Positions 48,840-61,136 of a DNA stretch of 64,000 nt are shown here, in pieces (position 1 is the first letter of the stretch; every line of letters begins with the position of its first letter). The stretch comes from Vezdaea acicularis (lineage: Eukaryota): positions 124,001 to 188,000 of the forward strand of contig JAPEUI010000018.1 in NCBI GenBank assembly GCA_026025075.1, written 5' to 3'. The position numbers and the translations under genes are program-made. The notes beneath the pieces were generated by a model. That model saw only the letters and a program-made list of their open reading frames with translations, searched no databases and had not been told where the DNA came from.

Positions 48840-49580
48840 CCCTGCATCTCCCTTTCGCAATGGGCCGTGGGAGCAAAGTGCTAAGCATGTAGGAACCCGC
48901 GAGGTTATGCTCTGCCACCAGGGGATCCTTGGTTCTGGTTGGGATGCGAGATGGATGCCATCCGGTGGGCACACTTTAACCTTAATGTTGGTCGCTCGGT
49001 TCGCATATCGACCCAATGCGGTCTGGGGATGATGCACCCATGGTTTGTGCGGTCTGTTATGCGCGTTTGACGGTCGTGTGAGGTCACGACCTGCCGGGCT
49101 GAGAGAAACCTCAATTCCATCAATACAGGGATCTGCATGCTGCCTTCTTGCAGGCCTCTAACGAGTCTAGGCTCATACCGAATCAATGATCTCAACGCTT
49201 GCGGTTCTCGGCTTCGCCCTGTTTCTGGTGGCGGAACTTAGCACACATGGTCCGAGGGGAGTAATGGAGCTCGGATACTCCTCCAGGATCCCTCGCTCCA
49301 ACGTGTTGGCATCGGACGGCTCCGTTCTGTTTCACGAGGACCAGGCGGGATTCTCCACTCTTCAGGGTTGCGTTGTGCGACGCACGCACCAGATAGGGCG
49401 TTTTCGATAACGCCGAGATGCGGGGCGCCGTTACAGTCTGGCTTTGTACACGACGCCTCGTGCAATCGACATGACTATTGACCTCTCCAAGTTTGGTTTC
49501 ACAGTTCACCGCGAGTATAGCGGTAAAATTTGGTCCCACCAGCGAGGTTGGCGATGGCGTTAGCGGCTCTACAGGTGCGT
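48840..49580 (+). ncRNA. TER: Candidate telomerase RNA (template/pseudoknot core); true 5' and 3' ends not determined
   Basis: Boundary helix 48913-19/48964-71, then 1.67-repeat template TTAACCTTAA at 48976-85. Pseudoknot GACC/GGUU plus CCAAGUUU/AAAUUUGG with an intervening hairpin (49480-49533). Enclosing helix GUGGGA/UCCCAC. No credible protein-coding ORF. Confidence 0.68.
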
Positions 49581-49810
49581 ATCTTCAATTTGCTTTATCA
49601 GATCGGGGAACGGAGAATCATAATTACTCTCAAAGCTAGAGAGGAACAGAGTATACGAAATCTGTGTCACAAGGCCCTCCAAGCCCTAAGAAGTCGATTA
49701 GCTTGCCTTAATAAAACACGTTCGTCGAGACTGCTCTCAGTAGAATTTTGAACAATTAGTATAGAATCCACCATTCGCCCAGGTGACCAGTTCCTGAGAG
49801 GAGCCCCTCA

Positions 49811-52800
49811 TCATTCCTTGTTAAGAAACATAGCACGAAACTCGTTATTACTATGAGCCTTCGGAGCATCTCCATTAGTCTCCGCCTTCCCTCCTTTGCC
49901 GGCGTTCACATCAGGGCTCATAGCCCGATGCTTTACACCCAACCCACCGCGGCCCCCTCTCCTCCCAGACACTGCCTGAGAAGGGCGGTGAACAATGGCA
50001 GGTTTGAACCCCAGTCCGGCTTTCTTAGGCTGCTCATGAGTCGAGGTCATCTTGCCTGGCTGAGCTTTGCTACTAAGACGATCGTTTCGATACTCCGCCT
50101 TTTCCTTCTTCAACTCGGCCAGGGTACCTATTCTGATCTTTCTCCCCGGCTCGATCTCGTGCCCTTCCAAGTCCAGTGCAGCCTTCCCTGCATCCCCAAT
50201 TTCTTTGAACTCAACAATCGCGCCTTGATGGTCTGGTCGTAGTGAGACCTTGGTCAGGACACCATATGGCTCCGCAAGCGCTCTAATTCGTGCATCATTG
50301 ACGGTGTCTGGAATGTTGAGAAGAACTACGGTCCGCTCTCTAAGCTCCTCTTTTGATGGAGCATCGGGTGGTGGAGTGTGCGTATCGACAGAACTGTGCC
50401 GACCATTGGGGGAAGCGGAGTCATTAATGATTGCTGTAGCCTGACGCTTCGAGGGGTTTGCTGTAGACATGGTCACCGAAAGTAGACGAGACTTGAACTT
50501 TGTCAGGTTCAACTCTAGAGCTGCGCTCGCTTCGTCCTGGCCCAAAGAGTCAGTATTCACCAAAGACAACCTATATAAAGCCTCTCACCTTATTTTTGAA
50601 TACCACAAACGCCATTCCCTTAGACTTCCCAGCCATTGTTCTTGGTATACGAACCTTCTCGACTTTGCCGTATTTGCCGAAGATCTCACCTAGGTCTTCT
50701 TCGCTTGCTGACCAGTCCACATTTGATACGTAGACCTCTCTGCCCTCGTACATCGGTCCACTTCGATCTTTCTTTGCGCTCGGATCGGATATCTTGGCTT
50801 GTAGGCGCAGCTTCGGCCCTAGCTCCTTGCCGTCTAACTCAGTGGCCTGCGAAGCTTGAGCAGAAGATGCGAACTGGACGTAGCAGAATCTACGATGAGT
50901 GTTGTATTTCAAGCTGGGAAATCTGACATCCGTGATGACCCCATACTACACGACCGTTAGAGAGAGAGTCCACAATACAATATGAACAAGTTGCCTTACC
51001 TTTTTGAAAAGGTCTCGAATATACGCCTCATCTGCCGTAGGAGGGAAATTGGTTACAAAGAGCGTCGATCCTGTACCGATCTGCACCTCAATTGAATTGC
51101 CGTCGAACGTTTTCATGTCTCGCGTCTGGGCAGATAACACATCCTCCTTCGAGTCAAACTCGATTGTAGCCGTGGCGGATTGACCATCATCTTCTACAAT
51201 CAATTTGAGACTGTGAATGGTTCCGCACTACGCAGATATTAGCTATGTTTAGGGGACAACAAAGGATGGTCCACCCACATCTCGGAAATACTGTCTAACC
51301 CTGTTCTGTTGAGTCTCTGGAGGGAGGTTCCTCACAATCACAGTGGCGTTCTCGCGGTCCCTTTTGAGCAAAGACGATGGACCCAAAGCTTGATCTTCAA
51401 TGTGCCCATCAAGGACCATAGGATCTTCTGCTCGGCCTTTCTTGAGCAGACTTTCGCCTTCTATTGATTCTTTGGCTTCACGCTTCCGCTTGCCAGAAGA
51501 AGAATATTCTTCGGCAGGGGCTACAGGCCCAGCTTCCGGTTGTGCAGCTGGCGCTGCTGCTGATGCCGCCATAAGTTCCTCTTCTCGCCTCTTTGCCAAC
51601 AGGATCTTCGATCGACGGATCAAAGTCATAGCATGCTGTAGTCCATCCACATCCTCGTAATCCTCCACGTGATGGGCATACGCCTCCAGGACGGTCTCGG
51701 GCCAGTCTAGATTTGGGCGCTTAGCCGCTTGTCGTAGTACAAATGTTGCTTGAGCTGGCGCTGGAGACGCTCGTTGTCCCTCTGTCAGCTTGGCCCAGCA
51801 AACCATCTCCCAATTATACCAGCGCAACCAGAATTCCGAGCTATCCCCACTTACATCCACAAGAGATTTCCACACTTCTCTTGCGCTGTCCCATACACCG
51901 CTTTGGCTCAAGTACTGGACGTAAATCATTTCCAGCCGATACAATGGATCACCCTTATATTCCTTCCCATACAGCTTTTCACCAAGCTGCTTGACGCTCT
52001 CGAGTGCAGATCTTATTCCTACTTCTGCTACGTCAAGCTCCTCATCTGTCGCCCCCTCGTGAAACGCCCGACGTTTAAGAAATCCGCACCAAGCTGTATG
52101 AACCTTCAAGACGTCTTCCATTCCGGCGATATCGAGGAGACCAGTACTTGTCGCAGCATGCTTTATTTCCTCAAGATCATGGAAAGGCTTCGCTTCCCGC
52201 TCCGCCCCCAGGATGTACTGAGCCCACAACGAACCGGACCATGGGCAATGCCTTGTCGCTCTTGCTAGAACAGGCAAGAGTGGGACGTGATTTAGACCTT
52301 GACTAGACCTCTCGTTGATGAACAAGATATAATCATCCCAGATATCCGCAACCGTACCAAAGCGTAAGAGTATTCTCTCATACAAGGCGTTGCATAGAGT
52401 TAGATTAATCTTTCGGCGACTTTGGGTAGTCTCCCATTCGAGATAATCGGAAAATACGTTCCACTCAGCATCACTATCAAGGGACTCTTGTGACCTTTTG
52501 AGCTTGATTTCAAAATCTTCTCTTGCAGCGTATTGCGATTTCGCCTTAGCTGCTCGAGCATTCGTGAAAATCATAGTCGCCTCGTAAGAAGACTCAGTCT
52601 TGTATACAGTGATAAAAGTAGAGAATTTCTGAAACGTCTTATCCCAGGTCATATGCGGAATTTGGAGGCGGTCTGTGTAAACTTCCTTCAACCTGTCGAT
52701 TTTCTCATGCTCAGAACGGCTCATAATGTCGCCGTCTAAGAGTTGGGCATATCTGTCCCAGATGAGATTGCTTTCATTTAGCACCCATCGAGTAGCTTCG

Positions 52801-53861
52801 CAGCCGCGCTTCCAAATCTCGAGCATCGTGTCCCAACCAAAAAGCTCTTGACCGATGGCTACTTCCTCTGCAGTCCATACTCGATGAGATGTGAGAGCAC
52901 TAGTCTGACCCAGCGAGAACTCTTGGTACAAAGACCATAAGCCCTCCCCATAGAGTAACCAAATCTTGACACTAGCAAACTCTTCCGCGCAAGCCTTCTC
53001 AAAGAGCTCAATCAAAGCCACGTAATCCTCTATCGACCTCGCCAGTATCAACTCGTCCTCCAGCCACTCTACCCATAGTGCCTCACCAAGGGGGAAGCGA
53101 GTGTTGAAGGCCTCTCTAGCTTTACGCATGTCCTCGAGGAGTTCATATTTGGATGGGTCCCGTGAGCCATCCTGGGATTCTTGAGACCTAGCATGGGCCA
53201 AAAATCCTTTGTGTAACAATGTGACAAGCTGAACGTGTGATTGGTATACGTGAGGGTTCTCTGCGAGGTAGGTAACCAACTGAGCCACTGTTTCAAGCTC
53301 ATCGTTCGAAAGGAAAGCTGACGTGAAGACTCGAGGGGCGGTCGGTGGAGCAAGCCCATCAGTCATTGTCAGGTCGACAGAAGCTCGGGCTGTTGCCAAG
53401 GTATGCGGTGTTGTTTGCAAAGGTGGACAACCTGGCGAAGACGGAAGTGATCTTGTGTCATATATTTCCGCACTACGAAGCCCACTTGCGCTTGTTCTTG
53501 TGGTTTGCTGGTGGTGCTGCATTGACGCGAGATCAGCAAGTGTATCCATCCCTGCAGTCGACGGAGTTCGCGTTGGCTTTCCCTCCACAGGCGACGTAGA
53601 AGGAGCACTTGATACCAAGACGGGGGGGCTAATGATTGGAGGGGAGGGGAGCACTTGTTGTGGTTGAGAAGTAGCATTGCGAGAATGTGTGGATGGTGTC
53701 AGTGCAGAGGCGGGGTGTGGTGAAGATATCGGATTCGGTGTAAGAGAGGTCGAATGACTTCTCCGGAGATTGTCTGCAACGGTTTTCGGGTTCGTCAATT
53801 CAGGGCTTGTCGACTCCGTGACTGGTGACTCCTGTGGGGAGAGTAATGAACTAATATCCAT
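49811..53861 (-). CDS. PRP24: U4/U6 snRNA-associated splicing factor Prp24 (HAT repeats, 4 RRMs, LSM-interaction motif; multi-exon)
   Basis: RATRHCPWSG, KRDRENATVIVRNLP, RRFCYVQF and SKGMAFV. C-terminal SNNEFRAMFL. Confidence 0.95.
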
Positions 53862-54862
53862 TGTGACGAGTCTGTTGTCGCATGTCTTTACTTCTTACTA
53901 ATGACCTCCCCCATCGATATCCTGTTAGCAAACACGGTTTGTTATATTCCTCGAGAATGGGCCATGACAGAATGGCGTCCTCATTAGACTGGGTGCTTTG
54001 TTTCCTATTATACTGCTTTCTGCCGGGGTCGGTTTGCGGGCCTAGATGCTTCGGGAGAAGTTGCAGTACTCCGGACTTCGCTCGTGCAGCCTTTCACTAG
54101 CCCGCTTGGAAAGGGTTGGTAGGGTTTCGTGACGAGATGCCGGTCGCTATTGCAAGGGAAATCTGTTCAGGTCGTCGTTTGGAAGCCTCGATATGCCAGC
54201 TGGCAGGCTGTTGAGAAGAGAAAGTCACGCACCGCAATCCCTTGTCAACTGCCGAGAACACGGGCGATACTCCCGGAAAGGTCAAACGCGGAATGCAAGC
54301 AAACTCATCCCACGATCATCTTTAGGAGAAGCTACCAAGGCAGACTCTTTTCAATCTTCTCCGATTCTACTTTGAGCTCCACTAAGCTATCGAATTATTT
54401 TGGGCGGATCTTATCATTCCCACAGTCATTGCGCCCATGATCCAACCAAACTATTGAATTGTAGATCACCATTTAAATCCCTGCAGCTTTTAAACCCATA
54501 AAACAAGCGCTTGACTGAGATGATCGGTGCCATTCATACTTGAGCTTTACCTGCTTCATATTTACCGTGTCCTCGCGTTCAAGGACATTCTCTTGCCAGA
54601 AAATGGAGGTGCCTTATAAGGTGAGGCAACATTTGGCGGCTTCAATCGTGGCTGCTTCGTTACCAGGTTCTAGAATGCGCGATCTTCGTTTAGCTCCAGC
54701 CGCGCTAAGGCTCTGAATCGGTCGCCGTAGCAAGCATGGAGCTCCATATGCACCCCCGTAATGCCGAGACGACTTTTCGAGAACGAACCAGGGCGTGTGT
54801 AATTGACGCGAGACTTCAAAGAAGCATTAATAGTCTCTCCGTGGTGTTTCGTATGTACTGTG

Positions 54863-56156
54863 ATGAGTGTATCCTTCCAATGTCGGCGCCTTCTAGGTCG
54901 AGGTACTGCGCTCTGATTCAATCCGATCCTCAATCTTAATCTGTGTACAGCTAATCCTAATCTTGATCCAGGCGTCGTCTTCTGCTCCCATGATCCATCC
55001 CTTCCTTTCCGTCATATTAACCTTCGTCACCTCAACCAATCTCGCCATGCATCTACTGACAAGAAGCCCGGGAAGAGAGGGGTTGGGTCTACGTCGAAAG
55101 GGCATAGAGTCCCTTTACGTGAAGGACTTGCCAGTTCGAGAGAAAGGAAGATGACGCTCAATGAGAGGAAACCTATCACCCCACAAGAGCCCGAAAAGGA
55201 GGAAGCAGTTCATCCAGTGCTACAGGATTATCAGAAAGGAACAAAGGTATCACAGCCTGAGCTCGTCCAGGGAGACCTTGCGCCAAGTTCAATATTTGAG
55301 AGCAGAGAATTCCTAGAGGCAGAAACCGAGGAGCCTGCCGAAGTGCTTGAGAAGAGATCAGATCGTCGCCTTGAACCCGTGCTAAAACCTCTGGCGACTA
55401 TTCCACAAGTCTTGCGTGCTGACGTACCAACTCGTCGCATTGCATTACGCAATCCGGAAAACATGGCTACGGTACTCGACCCCACCCCTGACCTGCGAAG
55501 GCGGTGGGAGCGTAAAATGGTAATTCGGCAGATCCGCAAGCGTGGGCGGTTAAACAAAGTTGAAACCATAAAACGGACGGAACGCTCTCTCCTTGCTAAA
55601 TCACAGATGTTTAAAACTTCTCTTAAAAAGCTTGGTCCACTGGCCCGACAGATTGCGGGCAAGACTGTCGAGGAGGCAAAGATCCAGATGCGCTTCTCAA
55701 AGAAGAAGGCTGCCAAGGAAGTATTGGATCACCTAGAATACGCGGAGAGCAAAGCCGTAGTAGAAAGACGCATGGGACTTGGCCTAGAGGAGATAGAAGC
55801 TGAGATAAAGACTAAAGATGGCAAAAGGCTGGTCGTAACGGATCCTACAAGAATGTACATCGACCAAGCATGGGTTGGAAGAGGGCAATATGGATCCGGA
55901 TTGGATCATAGGGCTAGGGGCCAGATCAATAGGCTGCGACCCCCGAAGACGAGTAAGCCATCCGACTAATAATTATAGTTCTGATTCTGTACCAGGAGCT
56001 GACTATTTTTCCACAGGTATATCCCTTTTATTGAAGGAGGAAGTTACAAGGATGCGAGAGCACGAAGAGAGGGAAGAAAAACATAGGAATCGAAAGCTGT
56101 GGGTACAGCTACAGAATCGGCCTATCACTGCACAAAGACAGTACTACTCGTGGTAG
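54863..56156 (+). CDS. MRPL22: Mitochondrial ribosomal protein uL22m (3 exons)
   Basis: Motifs KTSLKKLGPLARQIAGK..EEA.IQMRFSKKK and YIDQAWVGRG...RARG. Targeting-peptide-like first exon MSVSFQCRRLLGR. C-terminus ITAQRQYYSW*. Confidence 0.92.
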
Positions 56157-57749
56157 AGTACGACAACAGCCATATAATAGTACTACGCAGCTGTAAATAA
56201 AGAAGCGGGCGTTAAATTCCATTAGTGTATCATGCTCGCGTTATTTTCTTAGCCAGGATGACGGCCCTGCTTATGGCTTGAGAAAGGTTTTGCCGTACTC
56301 CTACCAGATAACCTCTAATCTGATGCAAAGAGAAATTCAATTTCGATATGCTCTTTACCCGGATGAGAGCTTTGGTCCTAAGTGCGCTCCTGGCCCCCCT
56401 TTGGTATGCTAAACGCAGTGAATTGAGTGCTGATGTCCTACGTCTATTCCAGGTTGCTGCCTTTTGCAGCATCTTCGCTCAGAGTTAGCGTCTTTAGACC
56501 ATGCTTCTCGTTTTTCTTAAAGAATTCGAAGAGAATGCATCAGATTACGGGTTTTTTGATCTGTGTGAAAAAGCCAACTCTACCCGACAGTAGAAGTTGA
56601 GTCAGTCTCTTACCTCCCATTTCTCGTTCCTGTGGGTTTCTTCCTGGGTTTGTTTTTAGATGAACATACGTCGACGGTGTTTTCTCCTTCGCTCTCACTA
56701 AAGACTTACGCAAGTTTCCCGTATCCTCGAAGCTGTACTGTTGCGGCCCCTTCGATTGCAAATAGGTTGCAATTTGCTTGCCCTTTTGTTTGGAATTTTG
56801 CTGGGTAATCTCTGAAAAGACATTTTAGCTTTTCTCACCTTCTTCCTAACTATTTTTGAGTTGATCATTATAGATGATTGCTAAGGCGTGTCCACCGTTT
56901 ATGGCTTAGGAAGACATAATGATCTAACCTCTAATCGCCCTTGGATGTCTTCTTGAGTTGAGCACCTACAAGCGACCGTCTAGAATTGAATCTTATTCTC
57001 TTATTGAATACACTTCGATCATCTGGCAGTTAGGGTATAGGATTTCCCGACTAAACCCAAGGTCAGTTTTAGCTAACTGCGTTGCGTTGCTACTTCTTTT
57101 GGCACTCGAGATGCTAATTCGCTGAAGGCGTTAACACAATCCCGACTCAGACTTCAATCACCATAACTCAACTTGAAAGTTCTGAAGAGCATCCAACTAC
57201 AACCACGAATCGCTTGACTTTTACCCCGCTATGTGCACACAGTGCCTCACTCGGCGTCGATTTCACTACAGACTTCATGGGATGTGATCCAGAGTTGTTT
57301 TCAACGAAACCTCAGGTTCCATTAATTCTCACTGTGCTGCAACTTCACCCTCACTTCATGTGCAAACTCCCGTTTCTTGAGAGCGTACTGGCAAGCTCTC
57401 GCACGAAATTGTAATCTTCATCTCACTTTGATTACCTCTAAATTTGAGAGAGATATCCGTGCTACTATCGGACTGCGTCTTTACCTAGACACATAGGAAC
57501 CTTATTCTTAGGTCACATTCAGTTTCGCTATCCCTTTTCAGGACAGACCAATTAGTCAGTCGGCGAAAATCTACTCCTCCCCCACTCTCTCTGCATTCGC
57601 TTCTCAGCAAACGTCAGAATTACACCAGGAGAGATACTCTCAATCACCGTCGACTGAGATATCCTCACCTTAAAACCTAATATATATTGGCAAGGTCTTC
57701 AGGCTGGACCAGCACGACTACTCCGACTCAATTTCCGATCTTCAACAAG

Positions 57750-58672
57750 ATGTCGCGACCAGGTTCCGATAGTTTGGCTGCAAATAATCGGTCAAGTAGA
57801 AATTGCAAGACAAATCGTGTTGTAACCATCGAAAACTCTGGTGAAGTTGAGCAGTCGGATGACATTCTTAAGAGAAAGGCCAACTTAGTGGCTGAAGACC
57901 CCATTGAAGGCATTCAACTTGAAAAACGAGTGAAGCTAGCCCCTCTCAGGTGAGCCACAATACCCTGCGTTTTCCGACTGAATATTTGATAAATGATCTT
58001 CAAAGAGAACAATTTCAAAAGATGCTCAAAGTAGTCGTCGGGCCCGAGAAAGAGGAATACATGGTTCACCGAGAGCGTCTTTGCACTGTTTCTCCTTTTT
58101 TCAAACTGGCTTGCGAAAGCGGTTTCAAAGAGAGCGTTGAAGGAGTGGTTTATTTGCCAGAAGTTGAGTCTAACACGTTCGATTACTTCCTACAGTGGCT
58201 TTATTTGGGCCAGATATGGCGCTGTGATGAGCTCAAGCCAGCTGATTGGGCTGAATTTACGACGGCTTTCAGTCTGTTCAACTTTGCTCACTTTGCGCAA
58301 ATTTCTCAGCTTAGGAACAATATTGTGAATGCGGTGATCATGGCCGAAAAGGCCGATTTCGAGATGCCGATTGAAACAGGTCTATTTGACGAAATGTACG
58401 ACTCACTTCCAGAAGATTCTACACTCGCAAGGCTGCTTGTCGAGTGGGGAGCTTTTTACACCCATGAGAAAGATTTCTTCAAGATGGCCAAACATTATTG
58501 CAGCCAGAGATTCCTGGCGAACGTTGGGATAAGGCTACTAGAAGTAAGAGGCAATAGAGTCTTCAAAAAGAATGAACCGCATACGTGGCGCTCATTTCAT
58601 GAGCATGATGACCTTCAAGGAGAAAGACTACTATGCAAATACTGCAGAACGCCAGACCTGAGTGTTGTCTAG
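57750..58672 (+). CDS. BTB/POZ-domain protein (2 exons)
   Basis: VVVGPEKEEYMVH...LC.VSPFF..AC..GFKE.....V.LPE....F..FLQWLY. Exon 1 MSRPGS... ends at a GTGAG donor at 57950. Confidence 0.85.
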
Positions 58673-61136
58673 AGCTTGGTACCATTCTGGCTGTACACGA
58701 TGCACCACAAGCAGAGGTACAGTGCTTTCGTAAAACTTCGCCCTATAAAGCGCTTCTTCGATAATCTTTGGCGATCTGCGAGTCGCCTCGTCATCTATTC
58801 AAGAGCGATAAGACTTGGCCCTGGGACCGCATTGCATCCCCTGTTCAGTCTCATTGCATATTGCATATCAATTAGAAGCCCGAAGCTTCTGATGACCGAC
58901 GCACAAAATCGGCATAGTCGATACGAGCCGAGACGATAAGAATTCAGAAATGCACGCTTGGCAGAACGACTGATCTAAGGTTATAGGACTCGAAGAGAAC
59001 ACGCTTGAAAGAAGTTTGACGGAAGAAGCAGGGAGACAGAATGGTCGCAAAGAGAAACTCTCCACAGCCCCAGCCGTATATGTGGAGCCTCAGAATTCCA
59101 TGCGACAGCAAATGCAGCTGGCAACACATTCACTTTACGCTATTGAACTTTTCCCCTCCCCACGACCCAAGCACAGCTATCTCTTCCTTAAACGCCGTCA
59201 AAACTACAGCCATGAAGCATTTAATCAGAAAAGCTCTCCTTTCCCCCTAATTTTCATATGTAACCCCAGCACCTGATCTTTTAATCCTTTCCCCCTCCCC
59301 CGGGCATACCCCTCACATATCATTCCTAGCAGCACTCTTCACAACACCTCTTCCATCATACCTTCCATCACCCTAGTATTACCGGCAGCATTAACGCTCA
59401 GCACTCCGCAATGTTAAAGCATTTACATGTGAAAACTCTTTTCATTCCATCCCAGCAATCCATTTTGCTAGCAGAAATTCCCCTATAACCAGTAGCATCA
59501 AAATTAATAGAAGAAAAACTTTCAAGCTCAAACATTACCTCTCAAATATTTGGAATCCTCTCCTTGAACTTCCTGAACTGATGCAGCGAAAAATCTAACC
59601 CGCAGGGCTTCAATGGTTGTCAGACCGGAGCGCAGCTTTAGAGCTACTTGTACCTTTGATTCCTCCATTGCAATTGGATGATCTATTAGTCACGTTCGAA
59701 AGTTAAGCAGCAGGCCTAAGCTCCTAGGTTACCTTATTTAACTAAAAGTATAGGCACCCTTCATGCACCAGCCTCGTGTACCGCAACCAAGCGACTATCT
59801 ATCCAAAGAGCTCCTCCTGATGACGTCCTCCTTCTCATTTGGTTGCTCGTGAGCATCACGCTATACCTTACCATTTAATATAGTTAATGTTTTGCCATAC
59901 CGTATATCAAAGGCTCCCAATACTTCTATGACATACCCTGGGAGTTCTAGTCCATGAATCGAGTTGGCCACGTTCATTTAATGGCTTGACTAGCGCTCAC
60001 ATATTTCAAAAGGTGAACAATGCACTACTTCTTCGCTGCTTCAGAGCTATGGCCAATGCTGGGGGCAGCTTTCAAGGTAATCTTTTCTACGAAGCCGACA
60101 CTTATTTCTGCTCTGAATCAATCGCGTAACAAGCTCACTGACGATGGTGTAGCGTCTTGCTCGCGATTTGCAGCCCTCGCAAATACGTGTACGCCAAGCT
60201 TAGCTCAGATTGTCATTTTTTAGATGGAATGTTAAGCTTTCACATGCCGACAGATCTATACAGCAGATCGCAGCGGCACGAACTGACAAAAGCCTAGCGC
60301 TTATCGCGCCCGCAGCGCCCACTGTACCGATGCCCATTCCTCTGATAGAGGCAATGTTTCCTCGCGTCATTCAGCCTCTAAATCGGTCGCAGTGGCCTTT
60401 CTCTGGTACCCCCTTCCCTGCTCTTCTAATGGATGGGTTTCCTTAAGATTCTGACTGGTGACAAGCGTGCACTCAGTCATAGGGGCCTGAGCGTCCGCTT
60501 TTATGCTTGAGGCAATTCCAACCGCATCCTTCCAGCCCTTCTGGCGTCCGTTCCATGGTCATAAGCGCGATCCGCGTGAGCGGCATCAGTTGAGGGGCGC
60601 GTACCCCATGACATCAACACAGTAATTAAACCTGGAATCACTTCAGGATCCCACGCACAGACCACTAAATAGTCTGACCTCCATGGCTGTCTGTTATCTG
60701 GGTATGATTTTTTTCAAAGGTCGGCACTAAAGAATCCTGGCTTTCAATCGTCAAATCCTGAAACATCAACGTAGCAGTCAAGCGTCCGGCATGCACAATA
60801 TGAGGCCGGCCTATCCGCACGCCAGGGCAGGACCCTTCTTTCTGCCTTCCCGTCCGCGTGAAATTATTGTTCAAGAGTGAGGGTGGCGCTTTATGGCGTT
60901 TGTGCTAAATAGCGCAACAATTTTATGCTGGCAATATGGGACGGAGAGCCATGAAGGAAGCACAGAGCACCAGATTTGCAAGGCTGACGGCACAGTACAA
61001 ATGCAACCACATCTCGACTCTTCGGGGGCTAAAGCTAATAGCTTGGCCCTGTGAACATTCTTACGTGCGACCTAAGCAGGACGCTGGCGATGAGGTTTCT
61101 GTCTGTTTACGAGCGTTTTCGCTTTTCTTCACTTTG

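Noticed and set aside
48840..49580. RNase P or RNase MRP RNA as the alternative identity
   Set aside because: The conserved CR-I/CR-V P4 motifs were not seen.
48647..49751. Short ORFs in the secreted-gene/PRP24 interval
   Set aside because: Overlapping and motif-free. The region is better explained as a structured RNA.
49537..49760. CR4/5 three-way junction, Sm site (GAATTTTGA near 49743) and 5' splice site (CAG|GTGCGT near 49575) for the candidate TER
   Set aside because: Only simple hairpins were found, with no clear 4-bp/5-nt P6.1. The short motifs could occur by chance, so the 3' end is left undefined.
56230..56900. Coding-like minus-strand fragments
   Set aside because: Multiple stops and no recognisable domain.
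59016..59630. Possible decayed gene on the minus strand
   Set aside because: Only short reading segments between stops, with no identifiable homology.
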